64,000 nucleotides of DNA. Source: Rhynchopus sp. YZ270_cl-10 (Eukaryota). This document shows, one piece after another, positions 23,446-35,692 of the stretch (position 1 is the first letter of the stretch; each line of letters starts with the position of its first letter). The notes under the pieces were generated by a model. It ran no database searches. It was given only the letters and a program-made list of their open reading frames with translations, and was not told where the DNA came from. The DNA lies in assembly GCA_964035575.1 (NCBI GenBank), contig OZ037837.1, positions 1,178,001 to 1,242,000 on the forward strand, read 5' to 3'. The translations under genes were made by a program, and so were the position numbers.

Positions 23446-24149
23446 TCAAGCCACCATCGCCACCAGAGCCACCAGAGCCACCAGAGTGCGCGCATCAATC
23501 ACTTCCGGGCCAGTTGTACGCCGAGTTGTCCTGACGAGTCGGCATGGGTCCATTTTCTTCCCGCACACGATGACACTCGTACCCTTCTGCCGGTCCTCAT
23601 TGGAGAACGTCTTCTCGGTGCAGTCGGTGTCCTTCAGCACCCACCTGCCATCTGTCTCGCGGTGTCCAGCAAGGTAGTGCCCGTCACGCCTCCCAGTCGC
23701 GTCACAGAACAACACCGCGAACATCAGTCATCGCGTCAACGGACCTTGACGCGTGCGACGCCTGCCACGTGTTTCCGGTTCTGGCCCTCATCGCATTGTT
23801 CTTCAAAGTATTTTAAAAGAGTTTGGGTCCTCTGTCCACTCGGGGGTGCTGCCCATTTGCGAGACTTGTCGAAGGCGAAGAGGATTACCATCTCGAGCGC
23901 TTCCACAAAGTCTTGGTCCACATCGTCACCAAAATAAAGCTCAGAGCACAATTCCTCTGCGAACTGCTGGCACCGCTTGTCGGTTTTGGCGGCCATCGTG
24001 TTGATCCGGACAAACTCCTTCACAATCACGTCGGGTGGGCCGTGCTCCAGCAGTTCACGCAGCGTCAGGAGGGTGTTTCCGACGCGGTAGTACTTACACC
24101 CTTTAAATGCGAAGTACTTGATTTGGATGTCTTGTGGGAAACGAAGCAA
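23446..24149 (-). pseudogene. Interrupted minus-strand coding-like fragment of unknown origin
   Basis: Two consecutive ORFs (23736-24149, 23446-23724) with coding-like composition; similarity between the upstream regions of the two adjacent Ubl-LRR genes breaks at ~24165. No family recognised. Confidence 0.3.
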
Positions 24150-24201
24150 CTAAGTCAGTAGGTACCCAAAACATCTGCACAAAACAGAGAGACACAAAAC
24201 C

Positions 24202-25122
24202 ATGGAAATGTGTGTGGAGAGCTTTGACGGAGAGAAGTACACAATCGATGTGGGTGTGGATGACACAACTGCGGACATACGGCGGAAGGTGGCGTCTGCA
24301 GCAGAGTTGTGCGAAGACGGCTTTGACATAAGCTTTGGCGGGAAGGCGATGGCAGAAGGAGACGACACGACGCAGCTGAGTGCTGGAGACACAGTTGTGC
24401 TGACGAAGACGAAGTCGGAGAAGGACGACGCCATTGCAGCTCTTCGTGACTTGGGTGAGATCCTGACGGCAGAGAGGTTCAAAGGTCTGACAGATCTCAA
24501 GCTGATTCATTTGTTTCTGCAGGCGGAAGTTGTTACTGAGATCCACCAAGAATTCTTAGCATATCGCACCTTCGAAGAACTTGATCTCAGTGGTGTGTCG
24601 GGTGCGACTAAAATAAGCTCCATGGTGCTGCTCGGCTGCGCCTTTTTGCACACTGCTGATTTATCTGGGTGGAGCAATGTGACACATGTTGAGTCAGGCT
24701 TCCTCTACAGCTGCACCTCGTTGACCACACTTGACATATCTGGGTGGCACAATGTGACGCAAATAGGATACTATTTCCTCTCCAACTGCAGTGCATTGCG
24801 GACTGTCGACCTCTCTGGGTGGGGCAATGTGATGCGAGTTGAGGACGACTTTCTCTCAAAATGCACCTCCTTGACAGCACTTGACTTATCTGCGTGGAGC
24901 AATGTCTCGCAAATAGGCTGTACCTTCCTCTCCAGGTGCGAGTCATTAACAACACTTGACTTGTCTGGGTGGACCAGTATAGAACACATAGGGAGAGGCT
25001 TCTTGAAAGGAAGCCACATACCTGCAGACAGCATCAACGTCAGTGGATCGGGCAGGGTTGTGTCAGAATATGTGCATATCCATGACATGGAAGAGAACAG
25101 ATGTCAATGTGTGTGCATATGA
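24202..25122 (+). CDS. Ubiquitin-like domain + LRR protein with C-terminal CaaX-like motif (306 aa)
   Basis: N-terminal MEMCVESFDGEKYTIDVGVDDTTADIRRKVA (beta-grasp/ubiquitin pattern); 25-aa LRRs LDLSGWSNVTxIGxxFLxxC; ends RCQCVCI*. Confidence 0.85.
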   Translation: MEMCVESFDGEKYTIDVGVDDTTADIRRKVASAAELCEDGFDISFGGKAMAEGDDTTQLSAGDTVVLTKTKSEKDDAIAALRDLGEILTAERFKGLTDLKLIHLFLQAEVVTEIHQEFLAYRTFEELDLSGVSGATKISSMVLLGCAFLHTADLSGWSNVTHVESGFLYSCTSLTTLDISGWHNVTQIGYYFLSNCSALRTVDLSGWGNVMRVEDDFLSKCTSLTALDLSAWSNVSQIGCTFLSRCESLTTLDLSGWTSIEHIGRGFLKGSHIPADSINVSGSGRVVSEYVHIHDMEENRCQCVCI

Positions 25123-25809
25123 AGCGTGCACATCTCGAGGCGAGCTGCCCACTCACGCTGTTAACTGAAGTCTGTACTTCTGCTACCCCAAGCAGACTAC
25201 GGCAGTAGAACCATGCACAGACTTCCGCAGCCTAGGTCACTGATGCGCATCCTTGCCTACCTGCGTTTGACCTGCTTGACACAGTTGGAGTCGCGCGCGA
25301 TGCGCCTCATCTCCGTGCACACAGGCCTGTCCGCAGAGCATCTGCGCCACGCTGGGGGAACAATTTGACACAAACGCAGAGCGGCAGCATCAACGTGAGG
25401 ATTGAACAAAGAGTTGGATATACAATGCATGGGTTGCCACATTATGGGATATGTCAATGTGGTATGGAGTGAATGTGTGCATGTGAGGCATGTGCATCTT
25501 TGAGATCTACAGCTGCTCATTGCCTTCTAACAGCGGCCTTTTGACTGCGCATTGCACCCCCCAAAAAAAATATGACCGAAAAAGACGAAAAATACTGTTT
25601 TGAAAATTTTAGTACTTTTGAGCCATTTGTCTACATCACAGCCTTGCAGCATACAGTTCTGCACACAGAGGTGTCCCCTTTGTCTTGCACCTCAATCGTC
25701 TTAGTGGTCACATCGTCTGCCTTCTTCTTGTCTCCTTCCCGTTCTGCAAGTTGTGTGCTTCTTCTTGCCCCACTCAAAACATCTGCACAAAACAGAGAGA
25801 CACAAAATC

Positions 25810-27024
25810 ATGGAAATATGTGTGGAGAGCTTTGACGGAGAGAAGTACACAATCGAGGTGGGTGTGGATGATACAACTGCGGACATACGGCGGAAGGTGG
25901 CGTCTGCAGCAGAGTTGCGCGAAGACGGCTTTGATATGAGTTTTGGCGGGAAGGCGATGGCAGAAGGAGACGACACGACGCAGCTGAGTGCTGGGGACAC
26001 GATTGTGCTGAAGGAGAACTTGTCGCAGAAGGACCGAGCCATTGCAGCTCTTCATGACTTGGGTGAGACACCAACGGCTGAGAGGTTCGCAGGTCTGACA
26101 GATCCTGGGGTCATTCGTCTGTATCTTTATGCCGAGGTTGTTACTGATATCCACAACCAATTCTTGCCAAATTTCTCGTTGCAGCAGCTTGACCTCAGCG
26201 CTGTGCCTGTTGTGACTAAAATCGGTTACAACTTCCTCTACAACTGCATCACGTTGACCACAGTCGACATGTCTGGGTGGAGCAGTGTGACGGAGGTGGG
26301 GTCTTCCTTCCTCCGAGGTTGCGTCGCGCTGAGAACAGTTGACTTGTCTGGGTGGGTCAATGTCACGCATATAGAAAGCTTCTTCCTATCCGACTGTGCC
26401 GTAACAACGCTGAACCTATCTGGGTGGACGAATGTGACGCACATTGGGTTCGCCTTCCTATACAAATGCAGCGCGCTGACGACGGCTGACCTCTCTGGCT
26501 GGAGTTATGTGCGCGAGATCGGCTCCTCCTTCTGCCATGGCTGCACCGCGTTGAGAGCTGTTGACTTATCTGGGTGGACAGGTGTGACGCAGATTGACGG
26601 TCATTTCTTCCGCGACTGCATCGCATTGACCAGAGTTGGCCTCGCAAGGTGGGGCAATGTCAGAAGGGTGGCTGACCACTTCCTCTCCAACTGCGTCGCA
26701 TTGACGCAACTTGACCTGTCTGGGTGGAGCGGTGTTACGTTTATTTCGCACTACTTCCTCTTCAACTGCGCCTCATTGACGCAGCTTGACTTATCTGGGT
26801 GGAGTAGTGTCACAAAAACATCGCACCACTTGCTCAGCAACTGCACGGCATTATCACAACTTGACCTGTCTGGGTGGAGCAGTGTGGTGGAGATGGGTCA
26901 CGGCTTGCTTGAAAATTGCAGCTTACAGACAGATGCCATCAATGTTACCGGATCGAGCCGTGTCGTGGCAAATGGCATACGCAGGCCTCGACAGCGGTCG
27001 CAGTCATGTTGTTCGTGCTCGTGA
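25810..27024 (+). CDS. Ubiquitin-like domain + LRR protein, tandem paralogue (~404 aa)
   Basis: Ubl domain nearly identical to the 24202 copy; more LRR units; ends RRPRQRSQSCCSCS*. Confidence 0.85.
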   Translation: MEICVESFDGEKYTIEVGVDDTTADIRRKVASAAELREDGFDMSFGGKAMAEGDDTTQLSAGDTIVLKENLSQKDRAIAALHDLGETPTAERFAGLTDPGVIRLYLYAEVVTDIHNQFLPNFSLQQLDLSAVPVVTKIGYNFLYNCITLTTVDMSGWSSVTEVGSSFLRGCVALRTVDLSGWVNVTHIESFFLSDCAVTTLNLSGWTNVTHIGFAFLYKCSALTTADLSGWSYVREIGSSFCHGCTALRAVDLSGWTGVTQIDGHFFRDCIALTRVGLARWGNVRRVADHFLSNCVALTQLDLSGWSGVTFISHYFLFNCASLTQLDLSGWSSVTKTSHHLLSNCTALSQLDLSGWSSVVEMGHGLLENCSLQTDAINVTGSSRVVANGIRRPRQRSQSCCSCS

Positions 27025-27127
27025 ATGGGGTGTGTGGGGTGGTTTTTGTGTTCATTGTAGTGCCTTGCTTTGTATTTTTCCAATTAAAATTATGTTCGGG
27101 GACATGACTCTGTGTAACATACACAGA

Positions 27128-27385
27128 GAGTACTCGATCTTCGACTCCCAAAAAAAAATGAGAGAAAAGTAGTCCCCTTTGTGAAACCCAACACTTTTTT
27201 CGAGTACTCGGCCGAGTACTGTTTTTTTCCCCCTTTTTTTTCCTACTCGATCGAGTACTCGAGTGCCAGAACGAGTGAATTTAAAAAAAAGAAAATTGGG
27301 TGGAGCGAGTACTCGGAGTTGTCGAGTGGCCAGTTTTTTTTTCCATCTTCGAGTACTGGTTACTCGACCTTTGTACAACCAGGTG
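27128..27385. repeat. Cluster of (C)GAGTACTCG palindromic motifs, probable transposon subterminal remnant
   Basis: Several GAGTACTCG/TACTCGA copies in ~260 bp; no matching TIR pair found. Confidence 0.5.
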
Positions 27386-27935
27386 TTCAGGTTGGGCACT
27401 CTACCAGAACATCGGTTGGGTTTGTGTATCGGATAACTAATAGGGGTAATTATTGCGCAGAATATGGCCCCATGTGTTTGTGTATGTGCACAAAGGGCAG
27501 GCTCACCTTCCAAGATGCCCCCTCTACTTTTGTCGTTATTCTGTTGCAATGCGTGGTAGTTGATTTGTTCAGCTCAAGACCGTAGGTTGTGTTTCTCAAG
27601 CATAGTTAGAGAAGTGAAACTGCCTGAGCGAAACGAGGGTGGTTGGATTGTGTTAAAGTTGCAGCATTGTGTGTGCAGCATTTATGAAGACAAAGCAGCG
27701 TGTGGTCTTTTTAACGTGGTTGTCGACCCAAAAGAGGTTTTGTTTGTATTTTTTATCTGGCTTTTTATTGTTGGCCGCAGGGTACTTTGTGCTTTCATTC
27801 GGATGGTTGTCATTGTGGGCCAGTCGGAGGTGCCTGCATCAGTGATGGTAGGCTGTGGAAGCGAACAACAAAAAATTTACCCCTCCCCGTTTGTAGTATT
27901 TTGAGCATCAAGCAAAGAGAAACGAGTCTCTCGAG

Positions 27936-29290
27936 CATTTTTGATTTTGTACGAGGTGGGAGCTGTGTGCATCACCACTACAGGTCCGGTGTGCTGGTGT
28001 GGGGTGCCTAACAGGGACGTGCCCAGCGATGGGGTGCTCTCGTGCATGTCTAGCACCTCAGCTTGCCTGAAGTTGCAGCACGAGAGCACCTTTGGCGTTC
28101 TTGCTGGGGTGGGTGGGGTGGGGTGGGGTGTGCTGGAGCACTACCCTGTGGGTATGGCAACCAGTGGGGGACAGACCTGCACTACACGATGTGTTGAGGA
28201 GGGTCACGTATGTGCCGTTACCAGGGAGGGTAGGGAGGGTGATACGTGTTGCGGTGAAGGCCTGTGGGTTGGGTTGGGTCAGGGAGATGGAGGTGCACAG
28301 TGTTGTGGGTGTAGGGTTTTGGGTGTGGCGCTTCCCCTCCATTGTTGCGGTGTGGTGATGGGAGGGGAAGTTGTGGCCGGCTGTGGAGTGCTTTTGTGCA
28401 TTTGCCCCTACTGATGGAACCATGCCACTTCACACCGCTTCACACCACACTCACCCAACAACACCCACGTGCAGCCTCCCACACACACCACAACACACCC
28501 TTTCTTAAAATGTCGTCCCCGTGTGAGGCTGCCAAGACATTCGTGGACCTTCGTGTGGCGAAGAAGAACGACGAAGCAAAGCAGCACCTCGCAGACGACT
28601 GCGTGTGGACGGTGCCGACGATGACGGGGAGCGACACGAAGACCGGGAAGGACAACGTTGCGGCCTTCTGGGTTGAGCAGGACAAGAGTCTCCCGACAGT
28701 TGTGTCGATCGACGACTTCGAGCCGACGGGCGACAACGCGGCTGTGCGCAAGATGGTCATCAAGAAGATGATGATGAAGATCAACCTCACCCAGACCATC
28801 ACCTTCAACTCCGACATGAAGGTCGTCTCCTCTGTGACCGCCAAGGCATGAGGGGTGCGCTCATCCTGTCACGGATGGTTCTGCCTCCGTTTTTATTCTT
28901 TGTTCAAATGTGCGGATTTTTTTCGAGTGGTTTTGATTTTGATTTTGCTTTTGGCTTTGGTTTCTTGGTGACTAAGCACGAGAGGCTTCGGTTCATCTTG
29001 CAAACTTTTCTGTTGCTTTCTTTTCCACGCAGCTTTGGATGATGTGTATGCCCCTTGGGGGGCACCTCTGTTTTTCCAATATCTGCTGTTTACTTTGTGC
29101 TGTGCTATTATATTTTTCACCTGATTTTTCCCACTTCTTCTCTTTTCTCCACAACAAGACAAACCTCTGTGTACACAACCAGTCTCAACACAGGAGGTCA
29201 TTGTCGATGCAACAGAAACAGCGAAAAGAACGAAACCCCACCACCCACCCACTACCCCACCTCACTGTTTGCTGTGCCCACCCACCTCCA
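27936..29290 (+). repeat. ~1.3-kb segmental duplication, partner ~38586-39910
   Basis: Near-identical blocks including the upstream hairpin element, the SnoaL-like gene and the 3' region. Confidence 0.9.
28510..28851 (+). CDS. SnoaL/NTF2-like small protein (113 aa), copy 1
   Basis: Pattern AKTFVDL...DEAKQHLADDCVWTVP...GKDNVAAFW...ITFNSDMKVVS typical of the NTF2/SnoaL fold; GC3-rich codons. Confidence 0.7.
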   Translation: MSSPCEAAKTFVDLRVAKKNDEAKQHLADDCVWTVPTMTGSDTKTGKDNVAAFWVEQDKSLPTVVSIDDFEPTGDNAAVRKMVIKKMMMKINLTQTITFNSDMKVVSSVTAKA

Positions 29291-29712
29291 CCACGACCAC
29301 TCCTTCAACACATTCTCAACAGTGGTTGTTCCATTCCGCCTGAGCGGTGCTTTTCGTTTTCCCAAAAGTGGTCCGTTGTTGTGCCAAGCCCCAACACCCT
29401 TGTACCCTTGTGTTAGCAATCTGTGAAAGAGAAGGCAGATGGTATTTGGTGCAGTTTGTATCATTTTCCTGTTCTCCTGCTAAACTGTACCTTTTCCGTG
29501 CCACGGCTGGCCGTGGGGTGCTTTCGTGTATATATGTCTGCCTCTAGGACCTCGCCTTGCCTGTGGTTGCACCTTTGTGTTCTTCCTTGCGCCAGGGCTG
29601 CTTTGTGGTGTTTGGATTCCTCACCCGTGGCTCTCTTGGCAGTGCGGCTGTATCGCTGCCAGGGCTGGGAGGAAGGAACGTGGGGGAGTATCTGGCACAA
29701 CACAAACAGGGA

Positions 29713-29854
29713 TACCGTATTCGTAAAAATATTCGACCGTAAAAAAAAAAAAGGTCAAACTTCCAGAAAAATTCTGAAAAGGTTGAACATTATTACGGTC
29801 GAATATATTTACGGTCGAACATTAGCACGGTCGATAATTTTTATGAATACGGTA
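29713..29854. mobile_element. Tc1/mariner (pogo-like) MITE with TA TSD; truncated related copy at ~61672-61725
   Basis: TA|CCGTATTCGTAAAAAT ... ATTTTTATGAATACGG|TA; internal (T)CGACCGT/ACGGTCGA repeats. Confidence 0.8.
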
Positions 29855-30545
29855 ATCCACATGCACTGGAATTTGTGTTCTCTAATTTTTATCAAAAAGC
29901 TTTCCCTTTAGTCCTTTCTGCCACACTCTTATTTGAATAATGAGGTGGGTGCCGAAGCCGTACTTCTCGTCACTTTCTGGGATGCATATCATTTGTGTCT
30001 CCCGTGCAGATGAACTGCCAAGGTGGTTTGTCGCCTGCCCTGATCCTCCACCACTCACAACAGAAATCACACAAAACACCAATGGAACTCAACATCGAGG
30101 GATTTGATGGTAAGATGTACTTCGTCGATGTGGATGTGGATGACACAGCGAAGGACCTGCGGCGGAAGGTGGCAACTGCAGTGGGGTTTGCTGAAGACAG
30201 CTTTTACATCCACACACAGGGCTTCGGAGGGAACCACGAAGGAGACGACATCAACATCACAGCGCTGAGTGCTGGGGAGACAGTCTCCCTGAAGCAGACG
30301 AAGAAGCAAGAATCCATGGCAGCTCTTTGTGCATTGGGTGAGACAGACCTCACACCAGAGAGGCTTTCGCGTGTCGAAGACCCCAAGGTGGCGCTGTTGT
30401 TTCTGCAGGCAGAAGTTGTAACTGCGATTCCAAAGAGGGTCCTGGCAGGCACTAATTTACGTAGGCTTGATCTGAGTGCCCCGTTGGCTGTTACTGCGAT
30501 TGATAGTGGCTTCTTATCAGGTTGCACGGCGTTAACCTCCATCGA

Positions 30546-33500
30546 TGAAGCTGCAGGAGGTCCTGAAGCAGAACGAGAGCCTGGCTGCGGAATGTGCGCG
30601 CATGCGGGATGAGTTGGACAAGGCGAAGGCCGAGCGTACCGAGGCCGAGCGCAGCCAGCGTCCGCGGGACAACGCGCAGGACCGCACAGAACGTGGGGAA
30701 CGGGACGAAGCCGCTGACGAGGCGGACGGACGTGAGCGGGTGGAGAGGGAAGGGATCCACCGCGGCACCAAGCAGCAGACGAAAGGCAAGAATGGGAAGG
30801 GTAGTGCCCCTGGGAATAAGCAGGTCCGCGGTGACGGGCAATATTAGCCACGGCCGTGGGCCTTGCCCCACTCAAGGTGATGTGCAGCAACGTGACGGCG
30901 CTACAGACGAACGGGAGTGCCCTGCTGAAGGTTGCTGGTGATAGTGGTGTGGATGTGGTGTTTGTGCAGGAGACGAAGACGACGGAGGCGACGCAGAAGC
31001 AGCTTACCTCCGCGTACCGCGACCTGGGATGGCAGGTGGTGTGGGGCAAGGCGTTACCCCCATGGAGGTCGGTGGATGAAGCGAAACCTGGGGGTGTGGC
31101 GATACTGGTGAAGATGGGCATCCCAATCCTTCCCCACACACCTTCATCGGACTTGGAGAAGAGCCTTTGGAACTCGACGCGATGGGTGCGAACGAAGGTG
31201 GCTTACGGCAACGGAAGCGAATGGCTAGACGTCACCTCCGTGTATGCGCCAGTGGCAGAACCAGAGGCCAGAGAACAGCTGCTCAGTGAGGTATTCGAAG
31301 CGGCGACGGTGCTTGGTGACGCTCCGGGGATCATTGCGGGTGACTTCAACACCCAGCCAGCAGACTCGGGGGTGTTGGAGGCAGCATTGGCCACGGGGTG
31401 GTGGAAGGACACCGCGGGGGAACACGCCGACGTGCTTGGGAGGGAGCCGGAGGCCACCTATGTGACGGTCGACAAGGGCAAGGAGATCAGCGAACCGAGC
31501 AGCCTTCTCCGGACTCACCGAAGTGGAGGTAGTCGAAGGGACCGGCATCCCGAAGCACAGGCCGGTGTCGGTCAGCCTAGACGTTGACGTCTATCGACAG
31601 CTCGTCCTTTCGCACTCACTGCCGAGAGCGTTCCCGCTTGAGATGTGCGGAGAAGGGGTGAAGAAGATGGCGAAGGAGTACGCGAACAAGGAGCTACAGT
31701 GGGGGGCATGCACACATCCTCAGGACTTGTGGGTTCAGTGGAACAAGTGGGCGGAGAAGTTTCTTTTGGAGGCATGCGCAGAGGAGATCGACGGCCCGAC
31801 GAAGGCGTACTGCGGAAGGGGACGAACCTGCGACCCGAAGCCGAAGCACGTGACGGCGAAGCAAAATGCGGAGGGTGATGTGCTGACGGTGCGTCAACGC
31901 AAGCTGACGAAGAACGCCGGCAGATTGGACGAGTGCCGACTGTGGTACGCGAGAACGGGTGGAGGGGTACCGCCTGTTGACGCCCACAACTGCTGGCGCA
32001 AGGCACACCAGGAGCTGAGAGTGTTGCTGGATGACGACACGCTCAGCAGCGAGATGCCGCCTGAGGAGGAGATACGGAGGTTGTGTGGTGTGGTGCGTGC
32101 GAAGGTGTCCGCAGTGAGCACCCGGGTACGGCTGCAGCGACTGGAGGACTGGAAGCAACGCATGCGGGATGCGTGGCACAACGCACCGAAGGCGATCTAC
32201 GACTTCTGCAAGGGGTCAAAGTTCCGACAGATGTCAGCGCTGAAGGACGCTACGGGTGGGTTTACCGCCAACTGCACGGAGATGGACGATCTTCTGCACG
32301 AAGCATGGATGCCGACCCTGCAGCGCTATGCAGATGACCCGGAACCTGACTGGAATGCGTTCAGGTCCACCTTTAAGGAGGACATTGAAGGGAGGGGTGA
32401 GAAGATGCAGCTGGTGAAGCTGACTGGTGAAGACCTGCAGAAGACGCTGGGGAGGATGAAGTCGCGCACCTCCGCTGGGGTAGAAGGCTGGCGCATGGTG
32501 GAGTTGAAGGCACTGCCGCTGTGTCTGCTGGACAAGCTTGCGGATGTGTTTGATGCGATTGAGTGCACAGGAGTGTGGCCACCCTCGTTGATGCGGGCAC
32601 TCATCTCGCTCATTCCGAAGGGCGAAGGAGACACACCTTTGGAGCAACGGCCGATCACCGTGACGTCCTGTGTGTACAGGCTGTGGGCTGCGACACGGCT
32701 CACGAAGCTGATCAAGTGGCAGGAGAGTTGGATAGGGAAGGGGCAGCATGGGTTCAGAGCCAAGCACAGCACCGCACATCTGTACTGGCGGCTGGCTCTC
32801 AAGATGGAGAAGGCGATTCTCTCGGGCGAGGACGATGAGGTGTGGGGGTTCACTGTGGATTACGCGAAGTGCTTTGACCGGGTACCACACCACATTGTGT
32901 TGTCTCTGGCAGAGGAATGGGGAGCACACCAGCGCATACTGAGTCCTCTCCGCTCAGCATATGCTACGATGGAACGGCGCTTCAAGCTGGGTGGTATTGG
33001 TGTAGGTAAAGCGTTCACTCCCACAAACGGGATCTTGCAGGGGTGTCCGTTGTCTGTGGTGCTGCTGAACGCTTTGATGGCGGTGTGGGGTTCTGCTGTG
33101 GAAAGGAGGACAGATGCAGAAGCCCTGGGGTACGCTGATGACGTGTACGCTGTGGCCGACGCAGAGGCGCCGGTGCATGACGCTACTCAGGTGACGAAGG
33201 AGTTCGTTGACGCAACGGACATGGAGGTGAAGCGGCAGAAGTGCGTGGGGTTCACCACCAAAAAGGTGACCACAAAATTTGGGCTGGAGGAGGATGCCTT
33301 CTTCCCCGACAAGAAGGAGTTCAAGTCGGTGGGAGCAGACATGTTGCTTGGGAACGGCCATTTCGGACCCATTGCGTGTGAGCGTGTGAAGAATGCGGTG
33401 GAAGTCTTCCACAGAGTTGCGAATGTGCCGCTGTCCTTTTCGGAGAAGGCGCTTATTGGCAGCAGGGGTCCGATGATGGCAGCGCTGCATGGGTGTGAAG

Positions 33501-35692
33501 TCACTGCCTTCACGGTGAAGACATTGCAGGGGCTGAAGGCGGGGGCGGAGGTTGCTGTGTGGGGCCGTGGGAGGAAGATGCGCTCTTCCGCAATTGTGTG
33601 CCATGTGCTGTCGCCTGCAGGGATTGATCCTCACTCAGCGATCGCACAGCGAAGGATGGGGACCTTTCTGCGGATGATGACGCAAGAGGAGCTGCAGAGG
33701 GAGGCAGAGGAGGTATGGAGGCTGGTACGAGACCGCAAGACGGAGGTGCTCCGGCAGCGCGTCGACAGGATCGCAGAACTCGCACGTCTGAGGCAGCAGA
33801 ATCCTGGCGTTGAGAACCCCCGGGTGCCGGTGAAGAAGCTGAAGAAGGGGGTGATCGAGTTGCTGTGGGATGACCTGGAGCGGTACGGATGGAAATGGGA
33901 CGATTTCCAAGGCTGGACGACGCATACCGGGATGAGGGTGAGCATCCAGCAGTATGAGAGCGGCAAGTGGCTGCACGAGCTGCGGGTGGGCATTCGCGCG
34001 AAAGCATTCCGAGCGACGGCGGAACGCAGAACAGGGATGAAGGGGATCGAGAGCGGCGTGGACCGGCAGCTGACGAACGAGCTGTGGAGAGACGCTTCGA
34101 CGGACAGGTACGTGGCAGGTACCATTCGAGGCACTTTGTCAGGCTCGACGGTGGTGGGTGTGCACTTGCAGGAATGGGGAAAAGACGTGTCGTCGCTGTG
34201 CAGGTACTGCGACATGGCGATTGAGACGAGGGTGCACACGTGGTGGTGGTGCCCGCGGTGGGACTCGCACCGTGGAGAAGATATCGACGAGCTCCGGATC
34301 ACGCTCATGAACGCACCTCCATGCTTCATGAATCACGGCCTGGTGCCCGAGGTCTTCTTGCAGGAGTTAAGCGCGAAAGAGAAGGCGAAGCTGGTGAAGC
34401 GTGTGCAGGGGATGATGGCGGCAATCATCATTGCGCGCCATGCGTACGATCGGGAAATCGGGCGCTGCGACAAGAAGAACGCGCCGAAGCTGGGTGGGAT
34501 GTCGATGTTTCCTTGGGGCTGGAAGCCGCCGCAGGAGGCAGAGCTGGAGACGTTCGACCCGCTTGAGCGTGTACTGTGGAAAAGTGGACATATCCACAGC
34601 GACAAGTGGACGGAAGACCTTTTCTGGGCGATGAAGACGTGGCTCGCTGCACTGCGTTGGCCTGATGGCACAACGCCCCCCATCACGCAGATAGAGCTCA
34701 TGTTGGATTTCGAAGTCTTCTCGGGGTTGGATGTGCCGGGGGTATCAGTGGGGAAAAGAGCTGAATTTTTCGGCAGTATGTTGCGACAGGCAGAGGTGAT
34801 GGCGGGTGGTAGAACGGTGTGGAAAGGTGTTAGGTTGACTTCGGTGCGACATCTGGGGGAGCTGGGGGCCGGAACCCACGTGGGGTATTCTGTGAGACCT
34901 GTGCTGACGTATTCGGCAGAGGTTGAGCAGTACCTGCGTGACATGCGGCTGAAGGCGACCGAGAAGAAAGCAGCAACAGCGGCGCAGCAGCAGAAGAAGA
35001 AGAAGAAGGGAACGGGATGGGGTGACTGCACTGTGACTCACTCTGCTTCTGACGAACGCTCCGCAAGGGGTGAACAATGGAAGCAGATGGCAGAGGCACA
35101 GGTGCAGGCAGAGACGAGACGGAGGGAGTCAGCGATTGCCGCGGTCGCGGCAGCGCAGAGAATACGTGCAGACGAGAGGAGGAGACAGACGCCGGCTGTC
35201 CGGGTAGAGGCGCAGAGGAAGCAGGGGAACATGCAGGTGTGCGTCACACACAGTAGGTTGCGATGCGAGGACTGCACCCTCAACCGCAACCACATCAACA
35301 ACTGTTGTGCGATGCACCACTGCGATGCGAACATTTTGGAGGCATGCGATGAGGCACTAGACTCGTGTGAACAGCACAGTATGTCTGCGTGCGGACAGTG
35401 TGCGGGGGCAGCGACACCGATGACGGCGAAGCAGTGCTGTGGCAAGCACCACAACTGCAGAGGACACGACAGAGGAGCTTGCGATATTTGTGTGGCCAGT
35501 GAGAGGAAGAAGAAGAACCGTGACGGACGCCCGATGATTGCTTCGCCGGCGAACTGCTGCAAGAAGGGTCTCCACGACGTGAATCAGACGCGTCTGGTGT
35601 TTCGATAACGATGGTGTACACGTGGTGCCATCCTCATAATTAGGCTGCTGGTCGGCTAATTGTGGGGGTGGGTCACGTTAACAAGTTTAAGT
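30546..35692 (+). mobile_element. 5'-truncated non-LTR retrotransposon (APE-RT LINE)
   Basis: Flanked by CGTTAACCTC(C/T)ATCGA at 30530-30545 and 35693-35708; ORF1 remnant to 30847; APE motifs SNV, VQET, GGVAILV, SVYAP, AGDFN; RT motifs RPITV, QHGFR, DYAKCFD, GILQGCPLS, YADD; CCHC knuckle; 3' stem-loop and CAAGTTTAAGT tail. Confidence 0.92.
30856..35608 (+). pseudogene. LINE ORF2 (endonuclease - reverse transcriptase - zinc knuckle - Cys/His-rich tail), frameshifted near 31490
   Basis: The endonuclease ORF 30856-31587 and the RT ORF 31523-35608 are in different frames; the RT frame carries the last APE motif (PKHRPV). Confidence 0.88.
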
